A program made the position numbers and the translations under genes. The notes below the pieces were generated by a model that worked only from the letters and a program-made list of their open reading frames with translations, was not told where the DNA came from and ran no database searches. Positions 45,579 to 61,212 of a stretch of DNA of 64,000 nucleotides are shown here, in pieces. The first letter of the stretch is position 1. Each line of letters begins with the position of its first letter. The DNA is from the human T2T-CHM13v2.0 reference genome, Homo sapiens: assembly GCF_009914755.1 (NCBI RefSeq), contig NC_060942.1. One strand, written 5' to 3'.

Positions 45579-48500
45579 AGTGGTCCACCTTTCTAAGACA
45601 CACACAGGATATTTGGGGGGAATTTGGAGGCTGCTGCTCTCCATGGAGATGGGTCCTGAGCCTGTATCTTGTGGGTGGTGATATAGATGCCAGGTGCCCC
45701 AATGTATGCAACAGTGGCATTGCTGCCCTCACTGTCTTTCCCTGCACCCCATTTTCTGTCTTTGGTCCTGTCTGTTATTGGTTTATAAAGTCACCCAAAG
45801 GCATGCAGAGGGCCTCACGTAGATGCCAGTGGAGGTCACACAGGGTGGCATGTGCCTGCCAGTGCCGGCAAGACAAGGACACTGAGCACCCCCATCCCTG
45901 AAGTTTAATGTTCCATCACAAAGCCAGGTTCAGGAGGAAACAGCATTCAGAAGCCCAGACACATATGAGACTACAAGGCAACCTTATTTCCAGAGTGCTG
46001 CTGTGAGCAGGGCTCTCTGTACAATTGCGCGCCCGAGCCTTTGGAAGTGCCTGGTGACACAACTCAGAATATGCAACAACCAAGTGTTCTTTATGGTCAT
46101 TAAGCTAAGAATAAGTGCTTCCAAACTCTAGCAAATATGACATTGTGATACCCATTGCCTTGCATCTGATAATTCAAGCTTGATCACAATGCACTACTTC
46201 CAGTGGGAAATAATGGAGCGGAACTCTCAACTGAGAACTTTCTCCTCCATATGGTTCACAAGTTCCCTGGGATGTGCAATCCTACTGGGAGCGCCATCTG
46301 TATAAACTCCACGCAGGCCCACGTGGAGGCAAGCTCTTCACGCTAACTCAGCTGCAGATTTCATTCTTCTGCAAATATATTCAGACAAAAGGTGAGATTT
46401 CCTTCTACCTTTCTTCTTGGCCATTCTCTCTTGCAAGGTGCAGCTTATGCAAGGTGTCTTTTTTCTGGGTAATGAGCCAAACTTGCAAACCTAAAAGGAT
46501 GAATTGGAGAATTTCCTACCTCATTGAGGACCCACTGCAAGCAGTTTTCTCTCCAGGCACGGATAAGTTTTACTGGTGGAATAATCAGATTCACCATCAC
46601 ACTAACAGTGAACTTGTCTTATCTTCATGACCAGAGTGTCAAGTCCAAAAGGGCCAAGAGGGGTTTTCCAAATGTCTGGGTTTCTTCCAGTGTCTAGGCA
46701 CAGAAGATGAGCTAGGATTCTTAGTGGCAAGCAAAAGATTAACATAAACAGAAGGAAATTCATTGAAAGGAAATTAGGAGATGCAGGGAAACATTGGGGA
46801 GACTAGAGAAGGAGGCTCAAGGCTAAGTTTTAAGAAACACTTCCCCAGATAAGCTGCCTGCTGTATTAATTAATCGTCTCCATTGCCCCAGTTGGCAGTA
46901 CTGCACCAGCAAGCCACAGTCATGAGCCTGGACTGGTCTTTGCGCAGGTGGCGCGACCTTGCACCCCCTCTCCTGGTGCCCTTTGTCTAGGATCTCTAGT
47001 TCTTGAGTCAATGTCTGGCATCAGAGAGTTTGATTGGCAGTGAGTAGGTTACACATTGGAGCCTCAGGGACAGGGGAGGCTGGGAAAGTCACTGTCTATA
47101 ATTTTCTGCTTCTAAAGAGGAGATTGTCTTTGTACAACATCACAACTTATGAAATAGGATTCAGGCATTGGACAGAGAAAAGGAATCCCAAATATCCAGC
47201 CCACACAGTATGCATTTTATTACTATTTATACTTAAAAATGGAATAAACCATGTCAGTAGAGAGGAATCAGTAATGAATATATCCATGTCTTGGCTGGTT
47301 TTTCAAAGATGTCAATTCATTCATGTTCTCTCACCAGATGAAATTATCTTCCTAATTAACCATTTGAAGAGTTCTAAATATATTGACAGACTTTCCAGGC
47401 CTGAAGACCCACACCAGGGCTGTAACTCCTTATCCTTTGGAAATAGGACAACCTTGGATGTTCTGTTTCCTGCCAGACAGTCTTAAAATTATCACCATAC
47501 ATGAGCTGATAGGTGCTGTATTATATATTCTTTTAGACCTGCATGTTGTACTTTTAACAAGATTTAGAACCCTTTAAAAACTATATTGAAGGAATCATCC
47601 TGGGAATGAGGATCATGGAGACAATAGATACCAGGAAGAGAAGGTGGATTCATTGTCCACTTTCTAACTATGTGAGTCTATGTGCGTGTGTCCTTGTGCA
47701 CACTGGGGAAAGAAAACATCATGTTTCTAATCTAGAAGAACTAAGAATCCAACTGTACCAGTTACATGGACCTTCTGTTTGCTTGAATGTTCTTTAGCTG
47801 GATCCAAACTCCCCAGATAATTTATACAATCATCTGCTCAGCTTTGACTGTATAGACCAACCCTATACAAATACTGACAGAAGCCTGCCCAACTCTTTCT
47901 TGCTAGAGCCGAATTGGCAATAGAGGCAGCAGCATTTTCCTAGTCATAAAGGCTACACACTTTTAGAGAATTCCATTTTTAGAACCTTGAGAATTTTGTA
48001 AATGTATGCCATGTGCACGGAACGGTTTTGGAGCTTGTGAGAATGATTAAGACACAAACTCTACTCTAGAAAAGCTCACTACCTAGTAGTGAATAAAAAT
48101 AGGGCACGTTGTACAGCACTGCTCCTGAAGGTAACATTGAATACTATCTCAGTAGTATCAGAAACATGGTGACAGCAATTTTACAAGACACCCAAGGAAA
48201 CGCCCTGGAATTTATGTGTAGATTCTAAAGTGCAAAAATACTTACCCAAACATTGAAATAAAGAAACAGACTATCTGTAACACATAAAAGAACTATAAAA
48301 TAATCTAATGATATCTGGAAAGCAAAGAAAAAGGGCATTGACTCTAGACTTTCTATACAACTCTCACTCTTATCTCCATCAAGTATCCAATAGCTATTTC
48401 ACTTAACTGAAGTGGTCAGTAACAATGGTATGAGATTAGCATAAATCATCACACTCCTCTTAGCGTTTAAAACAATTCATCACTCCATCATTCAGAGGTG

Positions 48501-49429
48501 AGAGCACGAGAACTCTTGTTCCTGCTTTCAGTTAAGGGTTTTCCAGTAACGCGTTCAACATGACATAATCAAGTGAAAGAAAATAAAGCAATGGTAAAAC
48601 TGAAACTGGTCATATAACCTCAATTACCATTCTGGTATTTGGGTCATCTTGCAACAGGTTCCATGCTGAGTTGGAGTTGGGTGGGGGTCAGGAGCAGTGG
48701 TGGAAAAATCGAAAGAAAAACAGCAAAGTTCAAGTAGAGAAGTTTCCTTGGCTATCTAAAAGTGTTTTATTACTCTGCTTAAAAAAAGCAGAGTAGAAAG
48801 TGCTGCTATCTACAGCAGTTGGCCAGACTGGTAAACTGAAGTTAGTTTCTGGAGCTTTAATTAAATGGCAAGAGTTTCTTAGTTGGCGCAATGCTAGTCT
48901 GAGAAGGAACTCAAGAAAAAGAGGAGTCACGGGATGTCAGCATCAAAACGTGTATCAGAGAGTTCCCCTTCTCATGCAAAGATGTGTGTTCTTGTTCAAG
49001 AATTAAAGTTTCTTTATTTGGAATATCATTTTTGGCCTCTTTCTTCTCTTGTGAAGAAGTCGTATACATTCTTTGAAACCCAAATCAGACATCCCCTTTC
49101 ATACAGTGTCTTCCAGGAGCCTGTGCATGGTGCCAGGTCATCCTCCAGCACTCGCCATGGCTCACCGCTCTCTTAACATGACACAGAACGCACGTGCCCA
49201 GCTCTGCCTCTGGACCTGCCTTTCATCTCTGAGCCCCAGTGCCTTGCATGAAGGAGCTAGCCAGTATACGTCACTGAACGAATGAATTGATGAACCAATC
49301 ATGAAGGTAACAAGACAAAAATGCCACACATCTGCCATACTCCTACCTCTAGACGCTGAAAGAACATATGGAGAGAAGAGTGAGATGCGTGTTCAATACA
49401 AGAAAATGTAAAGGTAGAAGGAAACTAAC

Positions 49430-49560
49430 ACCTGACCAAATACTGACAAATGCCAGGCACATCTCCACTGTATATTTTCTCATTTATCCCTATGAAAAAC
49501 CCAATGAAATAAATATGATCAGCCCCTTCCTACAGATGAGGAAACCAAGGCCAGTGTGCT
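49430..49560 (-). mobile_element. MIR
   Basis: TGCCAGGCAC...CTACAGATGAGGAAACCAAGGC. Confidence 0.65.
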
Positions 49561-49959
49561 CTACCAGAGGTCAGAATCTCTCTCTGTAACAACGCAGTGT
49601 CTCCCTAATTAATGACTTGAATATCCATTAATTTCAAAATGAGGTATTAGGTAAATGTAAATGTAATAGCTTTTCTTCTTTAGTACCTTTGTCAAGTATT
49701 ATTAGAGCTTACATTAAATGATATTATTTAATTGAGAGGTGATTATAGTGAGACTTTCTCCAAACGTAACTTTTGTAGCTCAGGAGTTCAAGAAAAACAG
49801 GAGCCAAAATACCAGACCAAACAGAAGCATAAGAACATGGAAGGTCCTTGAGTGTGTTTGTATAACAGCTTTTACCCAATGCCAGGAGATGCGCTAGACA
49901 AATTACTTGTAATGTTGGTCCTATGTAAGTCTGGATTTTTAAAAATTTCTTTGATTTTT

Positions 49960-50284
<325 letters not shown>

Positions 50285-50419
50285 TTAATTCATACAGAAA
50301 ATATGTCTGTTAAACTTTCCTAGGAATCATGTTTTCTCATGAAATTATTTTCTATTACAGTTCATCGCCTTTGTACTGTCTCCTTACATGCATTTCAAGA
50401 TGACGCAATATAATCATCA

Positions 50420-50650
50420 TGCTTACGGATCTTGAAGTCAGAAAGAACTGGCTTCTAATCCCTGTTCCACCCCCATTAAATTGCAAATTAGGATAGAGAA
50501 ACTCTCTAAGCCTCAATTTTGTGGTTAAAAATAGGAAGGATAATACCTACTTTACAAGGTTATTATACGTTTTAAGTAAAATACTGAACATAAATTGGTA
50601 CCTATTGCTAAGCCTAGCACCAGAAAGGACTCAATAAAAGGTAAGTTTTA
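50420..50650 (+). mobile_element. MIR
   Basis: CTCTCTAAGCCTCAATTTT...AATACCTACTTTACAAGGTT...GCCTAGCAC. Confidence 0.65.
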
Positions 50651-51239
50651 ACTCAGGCTCTTCTCATTCAAAATCATTTTATAGACAGCTGCCATAGCTA
50701 AACTTCTAACACATACAACTAATTATGTTATATTTTTTATTGGAAACATTGTTGACTTCACACCCAATACAATTCAAAAATCTTAGTCTAAAATTTAAGA
50801 CCTGATTCATTTTAACTTCCCTTCATATCACCCACATTTCAGTTAAAATGAACAAAGTATTGATTCTCAGCATAATTTAATTTTATGTACCTGCATCTGT
50901 GCTCTCGTTTCCTTGTTACCCAAAATATTCAAATTCACATTTTCAAGGTCCAGTTTAGGAGCAATTTTTATGTTAGATTTACATGTACACACGTATCTTA
51001 TTCCCTCATTATGTTTAGAGACAGGTGACACTGAAGGATACCTGGAACTTCCTATGATTCTGCTGTCTTCCTTCTTCAGAGCAGGAGCAAAGAGTTGTAC
51101 AGAAAGAGACACTCACTGGGTTACTTCCAAGACCAACGCGCGGTTATTAATTTTCTCTGGCTCTTGGTAAGAGCCTATTAGAATGGAGCTCTTGGGCACC
51201 CACCCTTGTTTATCATAAAAGGAAACTAAACACTGCAGT

Positions 51240-51405
51240 CTAAGTCTCTTAATTAGAAGACACATGAAAATCATCTGGGAAGTTTTTCAAGATACATAAG
51301 CTTGGTCCTTCCATAGACATATCCAGTCAGTGCTTCTGAGGTTGGGGACTGGCAGGAGCAAACTGAAAAAGTCCCATAGGTCACTCCGAGGCCCATCTCC
51401 GTAGT
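51240..51405. mobile_element. MER5-like hAT MITE (degraded)
   Basis: AATCATCTGGGAAGTTTTT...CAGTGCTTCTGAGGTTGGG...AAAAGTCCCATAGGT. Confidence 0.5.
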
Positions 51406-52983
51406 TCTAGAGCCAAACCACTCTTCCATGGCCCTCCAGGCTAGGAATCTCATGGGATTGCATGTTATAGCAATGTATATCCAATTATGTAATTGACACC
51501 CCATTCTACTACATATTTACTCCCAATGCTGGGCAAACATTAGGCTAGATTTTAAGAGGTGGTAGCAGAATAAAGAGCAAATAAAACCATCTCAATTTAT
51601 TTCATTCCACTATAAATAAAATCTTACCCTAGTTTTTGATTATCGGCCATTTTGGCTTCAGTTAAAATTTACAAATCTTTATAATCACTACTACTTCTCA
51701 ACATGTGAGAACATTTACAACTTGTGTGAATAATCCTGCGTTTAAACTCACAGAAACATTTTGTATTAAGATTTCTAAAGCCTCAGGCCACGGCACGAGA
51801 ACTGGCCGCCGCCGGGTTAATAAACCTGCCTTTAAGTTTGGTGAATTGGCACCTGTAAGTCTCCCTTCCTCTTCTTTCCCCTCTTCCCACACCGCTTTAT
51901 TTACCTTTTCCAACTAGTCCTTTCCATTATTCAAAGGATAAAGTTCACTATATGTATAGAGAAAGCTTACACTGTCACATAGTTACGTTTTGTTTTTAAG
52001 AAGCACTTGAAGGTGAGGAGGGACACGTGCATTTGGAAAGCACCGTGGAGACCTATGATGAGATCACCTTGGCAGTTCTGTATCTTTTTCCCACTTCCCT
52101 GTGGTCCAGAGAGAGAGCATGCTCAGTGGCACTCTGAGACGTTTTGTGCCACCTGGTGGAATTTTCCTGGAAGAGAATTATCCGGGGTCTGAATTACCAC
52201 TCAGCTTGATCATCACCTGAGGCATTTTCTCAGTGCTTAATATTACCAGCCTAAGTATAGATTCCCTACTGTGTCAGGCAATTTAACTGCACTAGGCCCA
52301 TAATAAAGTTTTTTTTTTAATGTGAAAATTAGTCTTTAGTGAAAGAGACCTATTTTGTTAGCTGCTGGGAAAATTCAGGTACAGCAATGCCATCCACACA
52401 TCGGGTCATTCTATTCTACTCTGGTTAATACGGGGGGATTACTGCCAACCTTCTAGCAGGCAGCGCACAGATGTTAACACTGCTTTCCATTAGTTAGAGA
52501 CAAAAGTAATTATAATTAACTTTTTTCCTTTACCCTTACCCCCAGGAAGTCAAAACAATCTGATAATGTCATATTTAGCAATTAGTGATGTAACAGTTTA
52601 CTTGAGCAGAGATTTTTTTGCCAACATGAGAGGGATTTTAACAGCACATGGACTGAAGCGATAACTGATTTGAGTGGTTGAAAGTCTTTCCTGAGAGGCT
52701 CAAACTAACGCCAGTGAAAACCAGCTGGGCCGAGGCGCCACATCAATGCCTCCCCCAAATGAGGCCGTCGTGGGAGCTTTGGGTCAGGTATGCACACTGC
52801 CTGTCTAATATGTTAGGTTTTCTTCTTTCACATTGCAATTATTAGCCACCCACTGTGTTCTATGATGCAAATAGAGTGACTCAGCATTGACAAAATTCAC
52901 AGTTCCAACTCTCCTTCACTCACAGTTTTCTTACCTGCTGTGATGGTAAGAAATGCTCTTCAAAGACAGACTGGATAAAGTCA

Positions 52984-53430
<447 letters not shown>

Positions 53431-54914
53431 ACAAGAAAGAAAGAAAACCCTTTATTGAGATTAGAAACAGACACATAGTCAAAGGCATAAGAGGAGAGCC
53501 ATCTTTCTGGAAATACAGCTATAGAATTCTAAGGAGCTTGGATATATGCCCTGCCTCCTCAGCTAAAAGGTAAATCTTTGGGGAACAAGGAAGTCTAATG
53601 CCACTCAGTAATTCCAGAGTGTTAATACCATAGTCCTTCCTGATCAATAAGGATGCACCTGAAGGTGTTTTTCTGTGGCTGCTACTGTTCTGTGTTAGCT
53701 TAGCTTGGTTTAATCCATGTCTGCATATTTGGTGCTCCGAATTCTTTCCACATTAACACAAGTCAAGACTTTTCCTTGGTCGACAACTACAGCCACTATT
53801 TGTACTGCTTGTAACTTTTGACATTTCTATCTCTTAGATTCATGTCTGCTGGCTTCTTCTACACTGAAAGAACCACCCAGTTCTGATTGCTCTGTGCCTG
53901 GCTGGTCCCAGCAGTGCCCAATCATGCTGCTTTCCATGGGAAGCTGTTCTTCAACAGTCCCGGGAGGGATTCTTTCACTCCACCCTGTTTGCAGCTGTTC
54001 TATTGGGCTCGCCACTCAGCAGCTGCTTAGGTGTCCTTTTATCATCTAATATCTATTTTCCATAAATATCCACAGCAACAGCATCACTTCAGTATTTGTA
54101 GATGGGCTGTATTCCGTGGCTTGGTTTTATAGACCTGAAAAATAAGGAATAGGAACTGAGGAGCTTAACTCAGGATCACTGCTCTAACTTGATCTGAAAA
54201 GTGAGAGATGGCGATATGACTGATAGGACTGAAAAAGTAGCCTATTCCTTCAAGAATTTTAAAACAATGGGCATGGAAAAAAGCATGTGTGGAAGTTGCC
54301 ATGTACAAAGCTGTGTGATTTCAAGATAGAAACTAAGTTCTCTGAATGTCAGTGTTCCTATTTGGGGAAAAAAACAAAAAAACAAAAAACTAATTTTGCC
54401 TACTTTGTAGAATCATTATAAGAATTAGAGCCAAGTTTTACAGGTTAATGCCTGAAACAAAATGAGAGCTCAAAGCAAACCTAGTAAATATTGTTATTAT
54501 TAAATAATTACAATTAATATTATAAAGCAAAGCAAAGTATCACTTCCTTCAACACCTGAAAAATGGAAAGAAGCTACTGGACCAGAAAAAACTGGAAAAG
54601 ATAAGAGAAAAAGTAGGCGTTATAATAGAATCTATAATAAGTTGATGATTCTTAGCTACTCCTAAAATTATTACAAATAGAGACACATAGCAGACTGAGT
54701 TCACTAAGTTGCTTGAGATGAGACGCAGGCTGGAGTCCAGCTGCATCACTTACAACCCATGCCGGCATGGGTAATTCATGCTCAGGTAAAGCACTTCTAC
54801 AATGATGGAGTTTGGTTGTTTCTAATGTTTTAGGACTGTGTACACCTCAATAAGACCAGAATAAAGTAAAATACTTCCTCTGGTTATTCATATGAACATC
54901 TATTGGTTTGAAGA

Positions 54915-55128
54915 TGGGTCAGCATGCTAGGCATATGGGCCAAATCTGGCCTACTGCCTGGTTTTATAAATAAAGTTTTATTGGAACACAGATACCCTCA
55001 TTCCTTTACATACTATTTATGGCTACTTCATATTAAGGTGGCGGAAGTGAATCGTTGTGACAGAAATCATACAACCCAGAAAGACTGAAATGTTTACTAC
55101 CTTGCCCTTTATAGAAAAAGATTGTTGG
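54915..55128. mobile_element. MER58A hAT-Charlie MITE
   Basis: GGGCCAAATCTGGCCTACTGCCTGGTTTTATAAATAAAGTTTTATTGGAACACAG. Confidence 0.85.
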
Positions 55129-56920
55129 TAAAAATAAGGTCAACTAACAGAAATGAAACACCAAATGGGGAACCACAGATTGTCAAACAGTTTCTTGAAG
55201 TAGTTTGGTGAACAGTTTCTTATGAGAAAAGACAGAGAACTCTTTGGATTTGATCCTTTGTCTATTTGTTTTTCAAAGAAGAACTAGTTGCCAGTATGCA
55301 AATCATGTTAGAGGTTATCAAGAGAAAATTAAATTCACAATTTGAAAGACATTAGTAAAGAAAAGGAAAATACATTTCAGAGAAATAAATTTCAACAAGT
55401 TGAAGGTATGGCTAAGATGCATTTAATTGGAATAAAATCTCTGAGATGTGAGACAATGGGATGTTGATTGTTTAGCCCATTCTTGTACAGACAGGAAAGC
55501 AAACTTAACTCCAGCATTAGGTGTAAATACGGAGTCATGTGTTCTCCAAATATTGAAATTTTGAAGAAAATGGAGCCCTGAGGTGTCTATAAAGATTTCA
55601 CCAAACATGAAGCTCAGCCAAGACTAAAGATATCCAAAGACAGGGCAAAATTGTAGAGAACGGAAACAAAGACATTCTTTTAACTCAGAAAAAAAAAAAA
55701 TCCATAGCCACAGAATTCAATAGAAGTGAAAACGTATCACCCCAAAACGGGACAGGCAGTAATAAACTCTTAAGAAAAAGTGGAGACATTTCAAGAATTT
55801 TTTTCATATGGAAAGATTTTTCAAAAGTGCCTGTCCAGGCCTCCTACCATGCTGCTAACCTGCAGTCCTGGAAGAAACCTGCCTTCTCTCCACTCTTAGA
55901 CCACAAGGTCAGGGTTTCTGCAGCCCCCACTGCCCTCAGGCCTCACTTCTCAATTTAGCCCTAGACTTGTCAAGAGAGGGTGGTCCCAAGCTTGGAGGGG
56001 AGAGGAAGAAGCAGAGAAGGAAGGGAAGGGCAAAGGCGTGTCTTCCACTGGCCCACATAGAATTTCCATCCCACAGCCTTCCCATCTTGTCATTCAGCCC
56101 AGGATACAAAGGTGGGGCTGGCCTTGCTCATAGGGACCTGTGAGTCCCCACAGCAGCCAGCCTGGAAGGCACAGATGCTGAGGGATACAGGGTCAGCCTC
56201 CAGCAGAGGAAGGTGCTGAGACTTCCCGGCCAGGGCGCTCCAGACACCTGAAGAAAACTGCCCTTCATGAACACGGAGGGAGTCGAAGGGAGTCGAAGGT
56301 ATCTGAAGACCACGGGAGAGGTTTGCTTTTTTTTTGGTAATTACAAACTGCATGTATATTGATTTTTCTTTCTTTTAATAAATCAAAAGGACACAGTGCA
56401 GTCATTAAAAACCAGATGGTGAAAGGAATTTCAACGCTGATAGTATATTAGCTCAAAAAAAATACAGAAGCTTGCATAGAAGCGTGATGCACTTAAATGT
56501 TAACGGTCCTTATTCCTGAGTGCTGGGATTTAGTTGGTTTTCCCCCTTAATTTTCACCTCTTCTAAGGTGGGTTTCTGCTGCTTTCATTATAAGAAGAAA
56601 ATGTAATAGATATTGTCAATGCTCAATACAGTCCCCTGATTGGTGGGGCCAGGGGGTCTGGTGTGAGTGAAGCAGCATTAACCTCAGAGGCTCTCCAAGC
56701 ACAGGGAGCTGTTTTCTCCATCTTGGGTGTAGGGTGTTCTCAGAGGAAGTCTGCCAACCCCACAAAACGTCCAACACTCTTCCTGTCCTGAGCACCTTGC
56801 ACGGGAGGTGTGTGTAGAGATGGAATTTTCCTTATGTTGCATCTCTGTCTTACTTCCTCATTACAGACCACTCAACATTCTTCTTGGCCAGTAACTCCAA
56901 TGACTCAAAAATAATGACCG

Positions 56921-57227
56921 GACTGGGCAACATGGCCCACACCTGTAATTCCCACACTTTGGGAGGCCAAGGCAGGAGGATCACTTGAGTCCAGGACAAC
57001 CTGGCAAAACCCCATCTCTACAAAAAAAAAAAAAAAAAAAATTAATTAGCCGGGTGTGGTGGCGTGTGCCTGTAGTCTCAGCTACTTGAGAGGCTTAGGT
57101 GGGAGGTTCACTTGAGCCTGGGAGGTTGAGGTTGCACTGAGCCATGTCCATGCCACCACACTCCAGCCTGGGTGACAGATTGAGACCCTGTATCAAAATA
57201 AATACATAAATACATACATAAATAAAT
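56921..57227 (+). mobile_element. AluJ with small deletions and an expanded central A tract
   Basis: GGAGGATCACTTGAG, CACTTGAGCCTGGGAGGTTGAGG and GAGACCCTG are J-type diagnostics. Confidence 0.88.
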
Positions 57228-60200
57228 ACTGCATCAATGCACATGTGAAGAATGTTTTATAATATTAATCAAGGGATGTGTTGATTGTTCCGATAGACAT
57301 GGAGTCTTCAGCCGTTAGCTCCTCGAGGGACCAAGGGTGTTTGTTTCATTTTTTTGGATGCTAGATCATCAATACAAGTTTTGGCAGTCCCGGTAACAAG
57401 GAAGAAAGAAACAAAGTCAGAGTGCTAATTTCTCTTCCAGCATCATATGATGTTTTAGCAGGACAAATGAAACTAGGACAAACAGGCTGGAGTCCCCATG
57501 GTCAGGCATTTTGGCAAAGTCATTTTGGGGAAATCCCATTTTGAAAGACGAACATCTTATAGTGGACGTGCTGATGAATAATTTATTTGGTTGTCACATC
57601 AAGTCACATCCAGCACTTTCTTTTGAATTCTGGGTCTATCGCCTGAGCTCATTCCTGCCCTGACTTACGCCTTCTCAGCTACTCTCTAGACCTCTCTGAG
57701 CAGCATCCCACTTTCTTACCCACCAAATGTAGTCCCCTGGCCTGTAAATCTCTCCTGAAACTTTCCCTCGACAATGCAGCCTCTAGGCCTCTGTGCCAGT
57801 CATATCTACACAAATGGGATTTTTACGGCCTGCTGCCATTTCCTTTATGTCTGACTTAGGTTGTAAACTCTTCAGGGCTGGGGCCTTGGCTTTTTATGTT
57901 CCATGACAGCGTGTGTACACTTGCAGCAGCTATAATGCTAACAAGTGAGAAAGCCCTGTCTCTTACCACCCAGCCTACTCTACCCCAGAAAAGGAACCTT
58001 CCTGGCTGCAGGTCCTAAATCCTACATCAGAGTCACCCCTTGCAGAAACCCCTTGGCATAGGTCATTTGGAATTTTGTCTGTGTGTTCTATAAAACCAAA
58101 GAATTACCAACAACCAGAAGTTGAAATACATGAATCAATAAGAAGCCAACTTCACACACAATTGAGTGGGACCCCGTGGCCAACAACCCATTCAATGGAA
58201 ACCAGTGGAGGCCACTGCTGACCCAAAGAGGTGAAAGCCTACTTTAGAACTGAGTGTTTAATTGGTTGCAGTAAGCCTAGACGATAAGATTTAGCAGGGA
58301 GAGGTTTGGGAAGAAAATCAACACTGGGAATTAACATAAATTAAACACTTCTGAGAGAGAGAAAGTGAATTAGTTATTCAAAAGTACAGAATTAAATAAA
58401 AAGGAATGCCTTCTGTGTGGCACGTTCTTGATGGTATGAGCCGCTCGGTCATGACCTGTGCTTTGCTGGAGAGAATCCCACACCTGGGCACCCGTCTTTT
58501 ACTTATTACCATCGGATGGCTTTTCCTCATCGAGGCTAGGTTCTCGGGTTGTGGTAAGTGTGGAGGCCAAACGTCTGGCTCTGTCATTTCCGCTGCATGA
58601 TCCGGAGCAACAACCTGCTCAAGGACTGACAGAAGGGAATAGAGGAGATAATGGTCCCAGCACAGCTCTGGCCCCCAAGGATGCCCCCCACATAAGCCTC
58701 TCGCTCCCCTGCATGCTTCTGGTGCAAGGGTGCCCTGCTCTGGAGGCTTTGTTAGAGTAGTCTGTAATAGACCCGTATACCATGTGTTATGATCTCATTT
58801 GCTAATTGTAACTCTGTCTTACCTCCTCAACAATATTTTAAGCTCCTCACAGGTAGAGAGTCTTATACTACCGTATTTGATTGATCCAACATATTTGAAA
58901 TACATTTTTCCCCATTGTTTGACTTCATAATAGCATGCTTTGATGTATAAATTGAGCTGCTATGTATCTGAAAACGATATTCTTTCAGCTTTGTCACTTA
59001 TGATAGTTTATTTTGCAATCCATCAAGCATTCTTGAATATCTACTTGTATGCTATAACTTAGCACTACAAGAGAAAAAATAGAAAACAGTGAACAAAACA
59101 AGCCAGCAGAAGGAGTCCTCACAGAGCACCCAGATCTGCTCCCAGGGACTGCTTCCTGCTTCTCCAGTTATCTCTGGGAATCATATCTGGCCACCGGCCC
59201 TTCCTACCCTTTCCTGCTAACATGGCCCCAGCAGAAGAAACAACAAAGGACATCCTATTATCCCGAGTGGAGTTTCATGGGGGGAAGAGATGTTCCTGAT
59301 GGCCCAAGTTGAAAGCCAAAATAAGATTTACAAATATTTCACAAAGGGTCCCATGTGGCAGTGTACCAGAGTCAGGGTCGTGGGTGCAGGAAGCAGAACA
59401 GGCCAGGAGTGGGGCAGGAGACTGACCCGTGAGAGGACACAGCACATGGCAGAGGCCAGGCATCTCTAGGTTCAGGGCAGGAAGCCCAGGGGCCACAGGA
59501 GGCAGGTGGAAGGGGAGCCGGCCTCAGCACAGGGAAGGTCAAAGGCGGAGAAGCAGATCCAACCTGAGGAGAGGGATGGGGTTCACATTGGAAGACTTTG
59601 CCCTGCATCCACATTGAGTGACCCAGAAGGCAGGATCAGAGTCAGGGCAGAGTCAGGGACAAAACACAGGCGTCAGGGCCGCAGGTGAGGCTGGGTTTTC
59701 TGCGTGGTGGCAGCAGCACTCGCCCGAGTGCGGGCAGCGCGTGGCCAGGAGTGTGGCCGCCATGGTGATTCCACTTCGCTCCTCTGTCTTAGCTTAACAA
59801 AGGTGAGTGGGCTTCAGAATCTTCATGACTTGAGGTCCTTCCCACCTCTGAAACTCCGCGGTTCTATGCGTCAATAAGACATCAGTGTGTCAACTTGTCC
59901 AGTGCAAGGGATGCATAGGCAGAAGCCAAGCCTGGTTATGCACCAATTTATCACTGAGGATGCAAGCAAAGGAGAAGGAAACAGGCAGAGCATGAGTCAG
60001 GCTTTGTCCCCGGCACCAGGGCCACGGCGCATTCTCCTTACCCCGCCTTCACAGTGCTCCCCTTTCACTGCAGGAAGAGGCCCTGCGGATGAGGGCGGGA
60101 CTCTGCAGGGCCTGGTTGACGGAAGCAAGATTCCACGCTGGGGACCCCTCTGAACTTGGAGCACCTCACTGCATCTTCTCTGGGGCTGCATCTTCTCTGG

Positions 60201-61212
60201 GGCTCACGAAAGTTCAGTCGATGACCTTCCTTTTGTGCAGGAGGTGAACACTTCAAAACCATTTTCTGGGCTCAAAGCTCACCCAATTTCCAGCTAGGGA
60301 GAGCCCTGGAACTTTCTCAGAGCTCTCAGCTGTGACAAGGGGCACTGTGTTGAAGGTCGGGATGAGAGACCTCACCTGATGCAGCTTTTGAAGGAGAGAA
60401 GGCACCTTGAGGATACACAGGCATGGAGGCTGCAGAGTTACAGTAAAAAGTCTGCAGTACCGGTGGCTAAATGTGCCAGCGTGAACCCCACTCCAACGTT
60501 TGTTTGTTTATTCTTTCTGGAAACACAGAAGCTTTATATCCTGTGGCCCCACGAGATTCTGAGAGTGTGCCACCTGGACGATTCCCTGTCTATGTGACAG
60601 CACTGGGCCTTCTGCAACTGCTGGATCACAATGGCATGCATGTCAGCCTCTTGGTCATTTATGAGCATCCAGTCTCTGGCTCGTCTAATAAGACAGAAAC
60701 AAAGAAACCAGTGCTCGCAAGACAACAGGTGGCCATGCATCAGCACGAGCAATACAGGTGTCTTTAAACTGTGAGTTGATCAGAAGGCGAGCCAATTCTG
60801 CAGTTGCTACCTTCAGAAAGCTCTTGAAAACATAACTCGAAATCTTACTTCTGGATGGCCACTTCTTAGCTGTGCCTACTGAATGATGATGTAGAGTGGG
60901 TACCTTGCTCAGGGAGCACCCCTAGGAAGCTCAGGTGACAGGAGACTGCACACCTGCCAGAGAGGCGCAGTGCAGGGCTGAGAAAGAGGCACCTGCAGGG
61001 AAGCTGCAAGGCGCTGGTGAATCCAGTGACCACCACGGAGATCATTTGTCCATGAAAAAAGATGGCGCTACACAAAGTGGGGTCATGGTCTGCAGTCAGG
61101 GTGGGGGTAGCTTTCAGCAGTTGGCTCAGCCTGTCTGGGCTGCCCACTTCAGTGCTGATCAGCGTTTCTCAAGTGATTCTGACCATCCACTCAGTTGGCC
61201 ACTCTTCTTGAG

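Noticed and set aside
60169-60202. 17 bp tandem duplication CTGCATCTTCTCTGGGG x2 (also a 10 bp one near 56277)
   Set aside because: Ordinary slippage microduplications.
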